Assembly (NCBI GenBank): GCA_963666565.1
Contig: OY762911.1
Location: forward strand, 3,264,001-3,328,000
Direction of reading: 5' to 3'
DNA length: 64,000 nucleotides
Source: Thermoanaerobaculia bacterium
GTDB lineage: Bacteria > Acidobacteriota > Thermoanaerobaculia > Multivoradales > Multivoraceae
Positions 1-8,551 of this stretch are shown in pieces. The position numbers and the translations under genes are program-made. Positions within the stretch are counted from its first letter, which is position 1, and each line of letters begins with the position of its first letter. The notes below the pieces were generated by a model. The model was not told where the DNA came from. It worked only from the letters and a program-made list of their open reading frames with translations, and made no database searches.

Positions 1-83
1 CCAGCCTCGGCCAGCCGCCGTCCGAGCACGGGACCCACGCCGCGCGCGCGGGTTATCGGATCGCGCGGGTCCATGGGTCGGCT

Positions 84-1025
84 CTACTCCCCCACTTGAA
101 GAGTCGCCGTGCCTGGGTCGAGGCGGGCCCTGGCGCCGAGGGGAAGCGTGTGGTTCGGCGCCTCGTGGCCGGCCGGCAGCCCGGCGAACAGCGGCGCTCC
201 CAGGGCATCGGCGAAGTCGGTCAGGCTGGCGCGGGCGTCGCAGTTCGTGAAGTGGCCGGCGACCACGGCGCGGACGCCGGCCGCCTGGCCGGACGCGCGA
301 AGCTGGGTGAGCAGGCGGTCGATCCGGTACTCCGGCTCGTCGATGTCCTCCAGCATGAGAATCGAGTCCCGGAAGCTCGGCAGCAGCCCCGTCCCGACCG
401 TCGCCGCCAGCATGGTCAGGCAGCCGCCGAGCAACGGACCCTCGATCGGCGCCGGTCGGCCGGCCGACACGCCCGAAACGGCCTCCAGCGCCCAGGGCGG
501 CGGCCGCCGCCCCGCCAGCGCGTCCAGGAAGGAGTTCCGCTCCCCGGCCGACAGGCCCCGCGCGAAGTCCACGGCCATCGGACCGTGGAAGGCGACCGTG
601 CCCGTCCTGGCGACGAGTGCCAGCAGCAGTGGCGTCAGGTCCGAGTAGCCGACGTACGGACGCGGCCTGGCGGCCAGCAGATCCCAGTCCATCTGCCCGA
701 GAACCCGCGGGACGCCGTATCCCCCGCGTGCGAACACGATGGCGGCGATCGAGTCGTCGTCGGCCAGTTCATGGAAGGCGTCGAGCCGCTCGGCGTCCGC
801 TCCCGCGAACAGCGGCCGGCCGCCGAGGTGCGCGCCGGGCCTGAGGTTGGAGCCGAGGACGGTCCGGAAGCCGAGTTCCTCCAGCGCGGCGACGCCGGCC
901 GCCAGCCGGTCCGGGTCGATGCGGCCGGAGAGCGCGGCGATCCCCACCCGATCGCCGGGCTTCGCCGCGGGCGGACGTTCGGCGGCGACGGGGGAGAGCC
1001 CGCCAGGGCCAGATTGCAAGGTCAA
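84..1025 (-). CDS. ldcA: LD-carboxypeptidase (peptidase S66 family)
   Basis: Motifs ARGGYG, VGYSDLT (catalytic Ser), LEDIDE, AGHEAPNHTLPLG; exact start uncertain. Confidence 0.85.
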   Translation of the reverse strand: MTLQSGPGGLSPVAAERPPAAKPGDRVGIAALSGRIDPDRLAAGVAALEELGFRTVLGSNLRPGAHLGGRPLFAGADAERLDAFHELADDDSIAAIVFARGGYGVPRVLGQMDWDLLAARPRPYVGYSDLTPLLLALVARTGTVAFHGPMAVDFARGLSAGERNSFLDALAGRRPPPWALEAVSGVSAGRPAPIEGPLLGGCLTMLAATVGTGLLPSFRDSILMLEDIDEPEYRIDRLLTQLRASGQAAGVRAVVAGHFTNCDARASLTDFADALGAPLFAGLPAGHEAPNHTLPLGARARLDPGTATLQVGE

Positions 1026-1027
1026 GT

Positions 1028-1417
1028 GCCGGAGGACCTCGTAAGCCGGATTCTGTTCGTCCCGCTGCCCTGGGGCTTCGGGAGGCGGCCATTCATCTTT
1101 GCGACCTACCCGGAGTGCGCTCCGCGCCGCGAACGGCGCTTGTGCCGGGACGGACAGCCCGATCCGCTCTCCCTATTTGGTCTTGCTCCACATGGGGTTT
1201 GCCATCGCCTCGGACCGTCGCCGGCCGAGCGGTGCGCTCTTACCGCACCGTTTCACCCTTGCCCGCCCCGGCGCACCGGGACCGGCGGTCTGCTCTCTGC
1301 TGCACTTTCCGTCGCGTCGCCGCGCCTTGCCGTTAGCAAGCATGCCGTCCGTTGGAGTCCGGACTTTCCTCCCCCGGCGGATGGGCCACCGGGAGCGACC
1401 GCGTCCGGTCCTCCGGC
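1028..1417 (-). ncRNA. rnpB: RNase P RNA (type A, apparently lacking P18)
   Basis: Minus strand has GAGGAAAGTCCGGACTCC near the 5' end, GGAAAGTGCAGCAGAGAG, GGTGAAACGGTGCGGTAAGAGCGCACC, GGCAAACCCC, and ACAGAATCCGGCTTA near the 3' end; the ends GCCGGAGGACC/GGTCCTCCGGC pair as P1. Confidence 0.97.
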
Positions 1418-1424
1418 GCGGCGA

Positions 1425-1433
1425 AGCGTAGCA
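1425..1433 (-). promoter_or_regulatory. Extended -10 promoter of rnpB (TGCTACGCT)
   Basis: TGn-TACGCT about 7 nt upstream of the rnpB 5' end. Confidence 0.55.
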
Positions 1434-1453
1434 GGCGGAGCGACAGTGTTGCC

Positions 1454-1635
1454 GTCTCGGCTGGACGGACCGAAGGGAAGGGCGCCCGGCGGCCGCTCGC
1501 GCTCTCCAGGTGAAGGGGATTACGGCGCTCGCTTCGGTCGGCTGCGTTCCGCCGCGGCGTCGGACCAGGCGACGTCACGGGGAGTCACTTGCCTCCAGCC
1601 CGCCGGGCGCCCTTCCCTTCGGTCCTTGCCGAGAC
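1454..1635. repeat. 182-bp palindromic element (MITE-like or structured ncRNA candidate)
   Basis: Perfect 26-bp inverted repeat 1467-1492/1600-1625, outer GTCTCGGC/GCCGAGAC pair, and a self-complementary interior. Confidence 0.6.
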
Positions 1636-1660
1636 TGGACGTCGCGCACCCGGCGGGAGG

Positions 1661-3454
1661 CTACTCGGCTCTTGTCGCCTCGTAGACGGAGTGCCCGAGT
1701 TTCGGTCCGAGGACGTCGCTGAGTTGCCGCTCCGAAGCCTGGGCGACGCCGGCGTAGCTGCCGAAGCGACGCACCAGCAGCTTGCGGCGTTGCGGTCCGA
1801 TACCGGGAAGGTCGTCGAAGCGGCTGTGGAGGGTTCGCTTCGCCCGCCGCCGGCGGTGGCGGGAGACGGCGAAGCGGTGCGCTTCGTCCCGCACCTGCTG
1901 GAGCACGCGGAGGCCGGCGTGGCGCCGCTTCAGCTTCAGCGGCGCGGGCCGGGCCGGCAGGTAGAGCTCCTCCTCCCGCTTGGCGAGGCCGACCACCGGC
2001 GTTTCGTCGACGCCGAGCTCCATCAGCGCCTCCAGCGCCGCGTTCAACTGGCCGCGGCCGCCGTCGATCAGGATCAGGTCGGGCATCTCCCCGACCTCGT
2101 CCAGCACGCGCCGGTAGCGGCGGCTCACGGCCCGGTGGATGGAGGCGAAGTCGTCGGCCTCGGAGAGGCCGCGGATGTTGAAGCTGCGGTACTGGCCCTT
2201 GACCATCCGGCCGTCGCTCCAAACGACCAGCGAGGCGACGGTCTGGCTGCCGCCGAAGGTCGAGATGTCGAAGCCCTCGATCCGGCGCGGCGGATCGGCG
2301 AGGTCGAGCGCCTCCCGCAGCGCGTCGCCGGCCTCCCCGGCGGCCCCGGCGCCGCGGAAGCGGCGACGGAACGCCATCGCCGCGTTGCGGTTGGCGAGTT
2401 CGATGCGCCGGGCCTTCGGCCCGCGCGAGGGCATGCGGAGGTAGACCTTCGACTCCCGGCGGCCGCTCAGCCACTCGATCAGCGCCTCCTCGCCCTCGAT
2501 CGGCGCCGGCAGGTGAATCTCCTTGGGAATCAGCGTCGTCCGGTCGTAGAGCTGAGGCAGCAACTCGGACAGCAGGCGTTCGGCTGTGATCTTCGCCACG
2601 CCCTCCCAGAACAGCTCGCGCCGGTCCAGGACCTGGCCGCCGCGCATGACGAGGACGGCGACCGCCGCGTTGTCGCCGCTGACGTGCACGCCGAAGATGT
2701 CGACGTCCTCGCCGCGGGCGGAGCGGAGCTTGCGGCGCTGACTGACCTCGTCGATCTCGCGGATCGTGTCCCGCAGCCGGGCCGCCGCCTCGAACTCGAG
2801 CTCGTCCGCGCACTCCCGCATCCGGCCGCGCAGTCCCTTCACCAGTTCGTCGTTCCGGCCGGCCAGGAACAGGCGGGCCTTCTCGACCGCGCCGGCGTAC
2901 TCCTCGTCCGTGGTCAGTCCGTCCACGCAGGGACCGAGGCAGCGCTTCATGTCGTGGTAGAGGCAGGGGCGCGGCAGGCTGCCGTCGATGTCGATCCGGC
3001 AGACCCGGATGCCGAACAGCTTCTGGGTCAGCTTGATCGCCTTGCGCGCCAGCCCGGCCGGCAGGTACGGGCCGTAGTACTCCGCCCCGTCGCGGCCGAT
3101 GCGGCGGGTGAAGGCCAGCCGCGGATGCCCGTCGGCCAGGGTCAGCTTGAGGTACGGGTAGGTCTTGTCGTCCCGGAGGCGGATGTTGAAGCGGGGCTGG
3201 CGCCGCTTGATCCAGTTGTTCTCGAACAGCAGGGCCTGGGCCTCGGAGTCGGTGACGACGAACTCGACGTCGGCGGCGTCGTGGAGCATCAGCGCGATGC
3301 GCGGGTCGCCGGCCGGCTTGCGGTAGGCCGCGGCGCGGCGCTTGAGCGACTTCGCCTTGCCGACGTACAACGCCTCCCCCGCCTCCGACTTGAAGATGTA
3401 GATCCCCGGCTGGTCCGGCAGTTCCTCCAGCTTGAGCGAGAGGTCCGCGCGCAT
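1661..3454 (-). CDS. uvrC: Excinuclease ABC subunit C
   Basis: GIY-YIG N-terminus (PGIY..LYVGKAKSL), RIEGFDIS, DLILIDGGRGQL, RDEAHRFA, HhH PGIGP. Confidence 0.97.
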   Translation of the reverse strand: MRADLSLKLEELPDQPGIYIFKSEAGEALYVGKAKSLKRRAAAYRKPAGDPRIALMLHDAADVEFVVTDSEAQALLFENNWIKRRQPRFNIRLRDDKTYPYLKLTLADGHPRLAFTRRIGRDGAEYYGPYLPAGLARKAIKLTQKLFGIRVCRIDIDGSLPRPCLYHDMKRCLGPCVDGLTTDEEYAGAVEKARLFLAGRNDELVKGLRGRMRECADELEFEAAARLRDTIREIDEVSQRRKLRSARGEDVDIFGVHVSGDNAAVAVLVMRGGQVLDRRELFWEGVAKITAERLLSELLPQLYDRTTLIPKEIHLPAPIEGEEALIEWLSGRRESKVYLRMPSRGPKARRIELANRNAAMAFRRRFRGAGAAGEAGDALREALDLADPPRRIEGFDISTFGGSQTVASLVVWSDGRMVKGQYRSFNIRGLSEADDFASIHRAVSRRYRRVLDEVGEMPDLILIDGGRGQLNAALEALMELGVDETPVVGLAKREEELYLPARPAPLKLKRRHAGLRVLQQVRDEAHRFAVSRHRRRRAKRTLHSRFDDLPGIGPQRRKLLVRRFGSYAGVAQASERQLSDVLGPKLGHSVYEATRAE

Positions 3455-5493
3455 CAGCCCATCACCTTGAGTTCGCGGAGCTCCTTCAGCCGGTCCCGGA
3501 ACACCGCCGCCTGCTCGAACTCCAGCCGCCTCGACGCCTGCTTCATCGCCTTCTCCAGCCGCGCGATGCGCCGCTCCAGCGGCATCTCGGGAGCGTCCTC
3601 GCGCAGCAGATCCTCCGCTGCGGCCTCCGCCTCGGCGCCGGCCTTGTGCAGGTAGTCCAGGTTGCTCATCTGGACCAGCGGGCTGTGAACCTCCTTCAGG
3701 ATGGAGGCCGGCTCGATTCCGTTCCGCTCGTTGTAGCTCTCCTGGACCCGGCGCCGGCGCTCCGTCTCCACCACCGACCGGTCGATGGACTCGGTCCGCC
3801 GGTCGGCATAGAAGATCGCCCTGCCGTTCAAGTTGCGGGCCGCCCGGCCGGCGGTCTGGATCAGCGACACCTCGCTGCGCAGGAAGCCCTCCTTGTCCGC
3901 GTCCAGGATGGCGACGACGGAGACCTCGGGCAGGTCGAGGCCCTCGCGCAGCAGGTTGATCCCGACCAGGATGTCGAAGTCGCCCCGGCGCAGGGCGGTC
4001 GTGATCTCGACCCGCTCCAGGGTGTCGATGTCGCTGTGCAGGTAGCGCACCCGCAGGTCGAGTTCGGTCAGGTACTGGGTGAGCTCCTCCGCCATCCGCT
4101 TGGTCAGCGTGGTCACCAGGACCCGCTCGCCGCGGCCGATCGCGTCGCGGGCCTCGGCCACCAGGTCGTCGATCTGGTTCGCCGAGGGCCGCAACTCGAT
4201 CTTCGGGTCGAGCAGGCCGGTCGGCCGGATGATCTGCTCCACCACCACGCCGCCCGTCCGTTCCAGCTCGAACGGCCCGGGGGTCGCCGACACGTAGATG
4301 CGCTGGCCGCAGCGTTCCTCGAACTCGTCGAAGCGAAGCGGCCGGTTGTCGAGCGCGCTCGGGAGACGGAAGCCGAACTCGACGAGCGTCTCCTTGCGGG
4401 CCCGGTCGCCTCGGTACATGCCGCCGACCTGCGGGATCGTCTGGTGGCTCTCGTCGACGACGAGCAGGAAGTCCTCGGGCAGGTAGTCGAGGAAGGTCGG
4501 CGGCGCTTCGCCCGGCGCCCGGCCGGAGAGGTGGCGGGAGTAGTTCTCGATGCCGGCGCAGGCGCCGAGCTCGCGCAGCATTTCCAGGTCGTAGCGGGTA
4601 CGCTGCTCCAGCCGCTGCATCTCGAGCAGGCGGTTTTCCCGCTCCAGAACGGCGAGGTGCTCGCCGAGCTCGTCGCGGATCGACGCGATCGCCCGCCGCA
4701 TCCGTTCCTCCGGCGTCACGTAGTGGTTGCGCGGGAAGACCGGGATCCGGTCGACCTCTTCGAGGACCCGGCCGCTGACGACGTCGAACCGGCTGACGCG
4801 GTCGACCTCGTCGCCGAAGTACTCGACCCGGATGCCCCGGTCGTCGTAGGCCGGCAGGATCTCGAGCACGTCGCCGCGCACCCGGAAGCTGCCGTGGAAG
4901 AGGTCGAGCCGGGTGCGCTCGTACTGCATCTCGGCCAGACTGCGCTGGGCCCGCTCCAGCGGCAGTTCCGCGCCGCGCTCGAAGAACTGGAGCATCGAGA
5001 AGAACACGTCCGGCGCGCCCAGGCCGTAGATGCAGGAGACGGACGCCACGACCAGCACGTCGCGGCGCTCGAACAGGGAGACCGTGGCCCGCAGCCGCAG
5101 CCGGTCGATCTCGTCGTTGATGCTCGTCTCCTTCTCGATGTAGGTGTCGGACTGCGGGACGTAGGCCTCGGGCTGGTAGTAGTCGTAGTAGGAGACGAAG
5201 TACTCCACCGCGTTGTGCGGAAAGAAGCTCCTGAACTCCTGGTAGAGCTGGGCCGCCAGGGTCTTGTTGTGGGAGAGGACGAGCGTCGGCCGGTTGACCG
5301 CCTCGATCACCTTGGCCACGGTGTAGGTCTTGCCCGAGCCGGTGACCCCGAGCAGCACCTGCTCCGGAAGGCCCGTCCGCACGCCGTCGGCGAGTTCGGC
5401 GATCGCCGCCGGCTGGTCGCCCTGCGGGCGGAAGGGCGAGACCAGCTCGAACCGGCCTCCCCGTCCGGCCCCGGCTGCTCGCGCCGAGGGCAA
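3454..5493 (-). CDS. uvrB: Excinuclease ABC subunit B
   Basis: [42 protein letters not shown]-terminal UVR domain. Confidence 0.98.
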   Translation of the reverse strand: MPSARAAGAGRGGRFELVSPFRPQGDQPAAIAELADGVRTGLPEQVLLGVTGSGKTYTVAKVIEAVNRPTLVLSHNKTLAAQLYQEFRSFFPHNAVEYFVSYYDYYQPEAYVPQSDTYIEKETSINDEIDRLRLRATVSLFERRDVLVVASVSCIYGLGAPDVFFSMLQFFERGAELPLERAQRSLAEMQYERTRLDLFHGSFRVRGDVLEILPAYDDRGIRVEYFGDEVDRVSRFDVVSGRVLEEVDRIPVFPRNHYVTPEERMRRAIASIRDELGEHLAVLERENRLLEMQRLEQRTRYDLEMLRELGACAGIENYSRHLSGRAPGEAPPTFLDYLPEDFLLVVDESHQTIPQVGGMYRGDRARKETLVEFGFRLPSALDNRPLRFDEFEERCGQRIYVSATPGPFELERTGGVVVEQIIRPTGLLDPKIELRPSANQIDDLVAEARDAIGRGERVLVTTLTKRMAEELTQYLTELDLRVRYLHSDIDTLERVEITTALRRGDFDILVGINLLREGLDLPEVSVVAILDADKEGFLRSEVSLIQTAGRAARNLNGRAIFYADRRTESIDRSVVETERRRRVQESYNERNGIEPASILKEVHSPLVQMSNLDYLHKAGAEAEAAAEDLLREDAPEMPLERRIARLEKAMKQASRRLEFEQAAVFRDRLKELRELKVMG

Positions 5494-5494
5494 G

Positions 5495-5962
5495 TCAGCC
5501 CTCCGGATCGGCCGCCGCGACCCGTTCGAGGCGCTCGGTCAGGCGCTGCAGGTCCTCCCGGTCGAAGAGCCCGCGTTCGATCCGCCCGAGGGCGTCGGTG
5601 AGCGCCAATTGGAGCCGGCGGTTGTCGGCCGGCGTGGCGGCACGACTTCGATAGAGCTCGAGGACGGAATCGAACGCCTGCTCCAGGCGTTCCCTCTCCG
5701 CGTGCGACGCGTCCTCCGGCAGCTCGGCCACGATCCGCTCCCGGCCGAAGTCCAGGGCGAACTCCAGCAGCTCGTCGGCCTGGGAGATCAGGACGGCGAG
5801 GCCGACGACGACCAGGACCAGGATCAGGCCGCAGCCCGCAAGCCCGGCGACCAGGCAGCCCCGGCGCGTCCGCTTCGGATCGGAGGGCTTCGCCGTCGAC
5901 GGCTCGGGGAAGGGTTCCGGCAGCGGCGGCAGGCCGGTCGCCGGGTCGGCTTCGGGAGTCAT
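5495..5962 (-). CDS. Hypothetical single-TM membrane protein
   Basis: Pro-rich N-terminus, hydrophobic segment [24 protein letters not shown], helical C-terminus; abuts uvrB. Confidence 0.7.
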   Translation of the reverse strand: MTPEADPATGLPPLPEPFPEPSTAKPSDPKRTRRGCLVAGLAGCGLILVLVVVGLAVLISQADELLEFALDFGRERIVAELPEDASHAERERLEQAFDSVLELYRSRAATPADNRRLQLALTDALGRIERGLFDREDLQRLTERLERVAAADPEG

Positions 5963-5988
5963 GGAACGGGCCGTATGATATTCGGGCG

Positions 5989-8469
5989 ATGAAGGCGGCG
6001 CGCAAAGCCTCGGAGACGTTGCGGAGCCGGTGCGTCAGGCACTGGCGCTGGCTCGTTCCGGTCGCCGCCGCCCCGGTGGCCGGCGTCCTGCTGGGCATCG
6101 GCGTGGCGGCGGCGATCGACCTGCCGCAGGTGGAGAGCGTGGCCGAGCTGACGCCGAGCCAGATTACCCGGCTCAGCGACCGCGACGGCGAGGCGTTCCG
6201 GAGCTACTCCGTCGAGAAGCGCATCCTGCTCGCCGAAGGAGAAGCGCCGGAGACCTTCACCCAGGTCCTGCTCGCCGCCGAGGACCGGAACTTCTACGCC
6301 CACGGCGGCTTCGACATCGTCGGCGTGTTCCGGGCCGTGGTTCAGAACTGGCGCCGGGGGGAGCGCTTCTCGGGCGCCTCGACGATCACCATGCAGGTGG
6401 CGCGGATGCTCTTCCTGGACCGGGCCAAGGTCTGGCGGCGGAAGATCCGGGAGACCCTGCTCGCCGTCGAACTCGAGAAGCGTCTCAGCAAGCAGCAGAT
6501 CCTCACGCTCTACTGCAACCTGACCTACTTCGGCCACGGCAACTACGGCGTGGAGTCCGCGTCCCGCTACTACTTCGGGAAGCCGTCGGCCGAATTGAGT
6601 CACGCCGAGTCCGCGACCCTGGTGGCGATCGTGCCGAGCCCGAGCGTCTGGACGCCCTACCTGCGGCCCGAGATCGTGCGCACCCGCCGCGACGCGATCC
6701 TGCGGATGCTCGGAGAGCGCGGCGTGCTGACGCGGGAAGAGGCGGACGAGGCGGCGGCCGGGCCGCTCGACGTCGTCACGCAGCGGGAACCGGCGCCGGT
6801 GGCCCCCTACTTCGCGGAGAAGGTGCGCGTCGACCTGTACGACGCCTACGGCCGGAAGGGACTCTACGAGCGCGGCCTGCAGGTGCGGACGACTCTCGAC
6901 CGGCGGATGCAGGCCGCGGCCCGGCAGGCGCTGCGCGGCGGGCTGACGAGGATCGACCGGCTGCGCGGCTTTCGCGGTCCGGTCGCCCGGGTGGAGGGCG
7001 ACGACCTGACGGCGCCCGACCTCGCCGAGTCGTTTGGCGGCGTGCTGGCCGAGTGGGTCGGCTTCGAGCCCGAAGCGGGCGCCTGGGCGCCGGGCCTCGT
7101 GCTCGAGAGCGGGCCGGAGACCGCGGAGATCCGGATCGGCGACCACCGCTTCGCGCTGGAACCGGCCGGATACCGGTGGACCCGGAGGAACTCCCCGCCG
7201 TTGCGGCGCGGCGACGTCGCGTGGTTCGAGCTGCGGGCCGGCGAGGACCCGCCGGCGGACGGGGACGAAGCCGGCGCGGCCCGGTTCGCGCTGGAGCTCG
7301 TCCAGGAACCGGCGATCGAGGGCGCGGTCCTGCTGCTCGAGTCGGCGACCGGCGCGGTGCGGGCGATGGTCGGCGGCTGGGACTACGACCGCAGCGAGTT
7401 CAACCGCGCCTTCCAGGCCCGGCGCCAGGTCGGGTCCCTGTTCAAGCCGCTCGTGTTCGGCGCCGCGTTCGAGCACGGATTCACTCCCGCCGACACCCTG
7501 TTCGACGCCCCTGCCGTCTTCGTCGGCACGGACAACCGGCTCGACTACAGTCCGCGCAACTTCTACCGGGAGTACCTGGGCATCCTGACCCTGCGCCGGG
7601 CCCTGGAACGGTCGGTCAACGTCACCTCGGTCAAGCTCCACGACATCGTCGGGGCGGAGCGGGTCGTCGACTTCGCCCACCGCACCGGGGTCCGCTCCCC
7701 GCTCCTGCCCTATCCGAGCCTCGCGCTGGGCGCCGCGGACCTGACCGTGATGGAGGTGGCGACCGCCTACGCCACGATCGCCAACCTGGGGGTCCACGTG
7801 GAACCGTACTTCGTGGACCGCGTCACGACCCGCGACGGCCGCGCACTCGACGCCCACGTGCCGCGGGCGGCGACCGTCGTCACGCCGGAGGTCGCCTACC
7901 TGCTCACCCACGTGCTCGCGGGCGTGGTCCAGCGCGGAACCGCGCAGTCCGCGCGGTCGCTCGGCCTGGCCGCGGTGGCCGGCAAGACCGGCACGACGGA
8001 CGGGTTCACGGACGCCTGGTTCGCCGGGTTCACGCCCAGATACACCCTGGTCGTGTGGGTCGGCTACGACCAGCAGCGGCGCATCGGCCGCAACATGACC
8101 GGCGCCGTGGCGGCGCTGCCGATCTGGAACGAGGTGCTCCGCCTGGGCGTCGAGGACGGCTGGATCGACCCGGCCCTCGCCTTCACGCGGCCCGAGCAGG
8201 TACGGCTCCGGCAGGTCGAGTACCGGTCCGGCCTGCTCCCCGCGCCGCGGCGGTCCGGCCAGCGCGTCATCGAGGAGGCCTTCATCGCCGGCACCGAGCC
8301 GGTGCTCACCTTCGATCCCGAGACCCGGGCCGTCTACGACCTGCCGTGGTACCAGCAGCGGGCGCTCTACGGCGAGCCGAAGGCGGGCGAGAACATGCCG
8401 GAAGACCTGGCCGACTGGCTGCCGGTCATGCAGGGCTGGCAGCGGGGCGACCGGGCCGACGGTTCCTGA
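5989..8469 (+). CDS. mrcA: Class A penicillin-binding protein (PBP1A family)
   Basis: Transglycosylase motifs AEDRNFYAH, GASTITMQ, RKIRE; transpeptidase SLFK, SVN, KTG. Confidence 0.92.
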   Translation: MKAARKASETLRSRCVRHWRWLVPVAAAPVAGVLLGIGVAAAIDLPQVESVAELTPSQITRLSDRDGEAFRSYSVEKRILLAEGEAPETFTQVLLAAEDRNFYAHGGFDIVGVFRAVVQNWRRGERFSGASTITMQVARMLFLDRAKVWRRKIRETLLAVELEKRLSKQQILTLYCNLTYFGHGNYGVESASRYYFGKPSAELSHAESATLVAIVPSPSVWTPYLRPEIVRTRRDAILRMLGERGVLTREEADEAAAGPLDVVTQREPAPVAPYFAEKVRVDLYDAYGRKGLYERGLQVRTTLDRRMQAAARQALRGGLTRIDRLRGFRGPVARVEGDDLTAPDLAESFGGVLAEWVGFEPEAGAWAPGLVLESGPETAEIRIGDHRFALEPAGYRWTRRNSPPLRRGDVAWFELRAGEDPPADGDEAGAARFALELVQEPAIEGAVLLLESATGAVRAMVGGWDYDRSEFNRAFQARRQVGSLFKPLVFGAAFEHGFTPADTLFDAPAVFVGTDNRLDYSPRNFYREYLGILTLRRALERSVNVTSVKLHDIVGAERVVDFAHRTGVRSPLLPYPSLALGAADLTVMEVATAYATIANLGVHVEPYFVDRVTTRDGRALDAHVPRAATVVTPEVAYLLTHVLAGVVQRGTAQSARSLGLAAVAGKTGTTDGFTDAWFAGFTPRYTLVVWVGYDQQRRIGRNMTGAVAALPIWNEVLRLGVEDGWIDPALAFTRPEQVRLRQVEYRSGLLPAPRRSGQRVIEEAFIAGTEPVLTFDPETRAVYDLPWYQQRALYGEPKAGENMPEDLADWLPVMQGWQRGDRADGS

Positions 8470-8551
8470 GCCCGGAGGGCCGGCGCCGGACCGAAGCGCC
8501 GGGCGCCTCGGCTTCCGAGCGACGCCTTCGGTACCATCGCCCGCCGGACCG

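Noticed and set aside
1500-1580. Possible SRP (4.5S) RNA in the apical part of the 182-nt hairpin
   Set aside because: The conserved CAGG..GNRA..AGCAG arrangement is not properly present on either strand.
96-1685. 529-aa + strand ORF and similar long antisense ORFs (e.g. 1589-3655, 3646-5601, 19884-23360, 23240-26794, 43286-45754)
   Set aside because: Shadow frames of real genes or rnpB in high-GC DNA; Arg/Gly/Pro-rich with no motifs.
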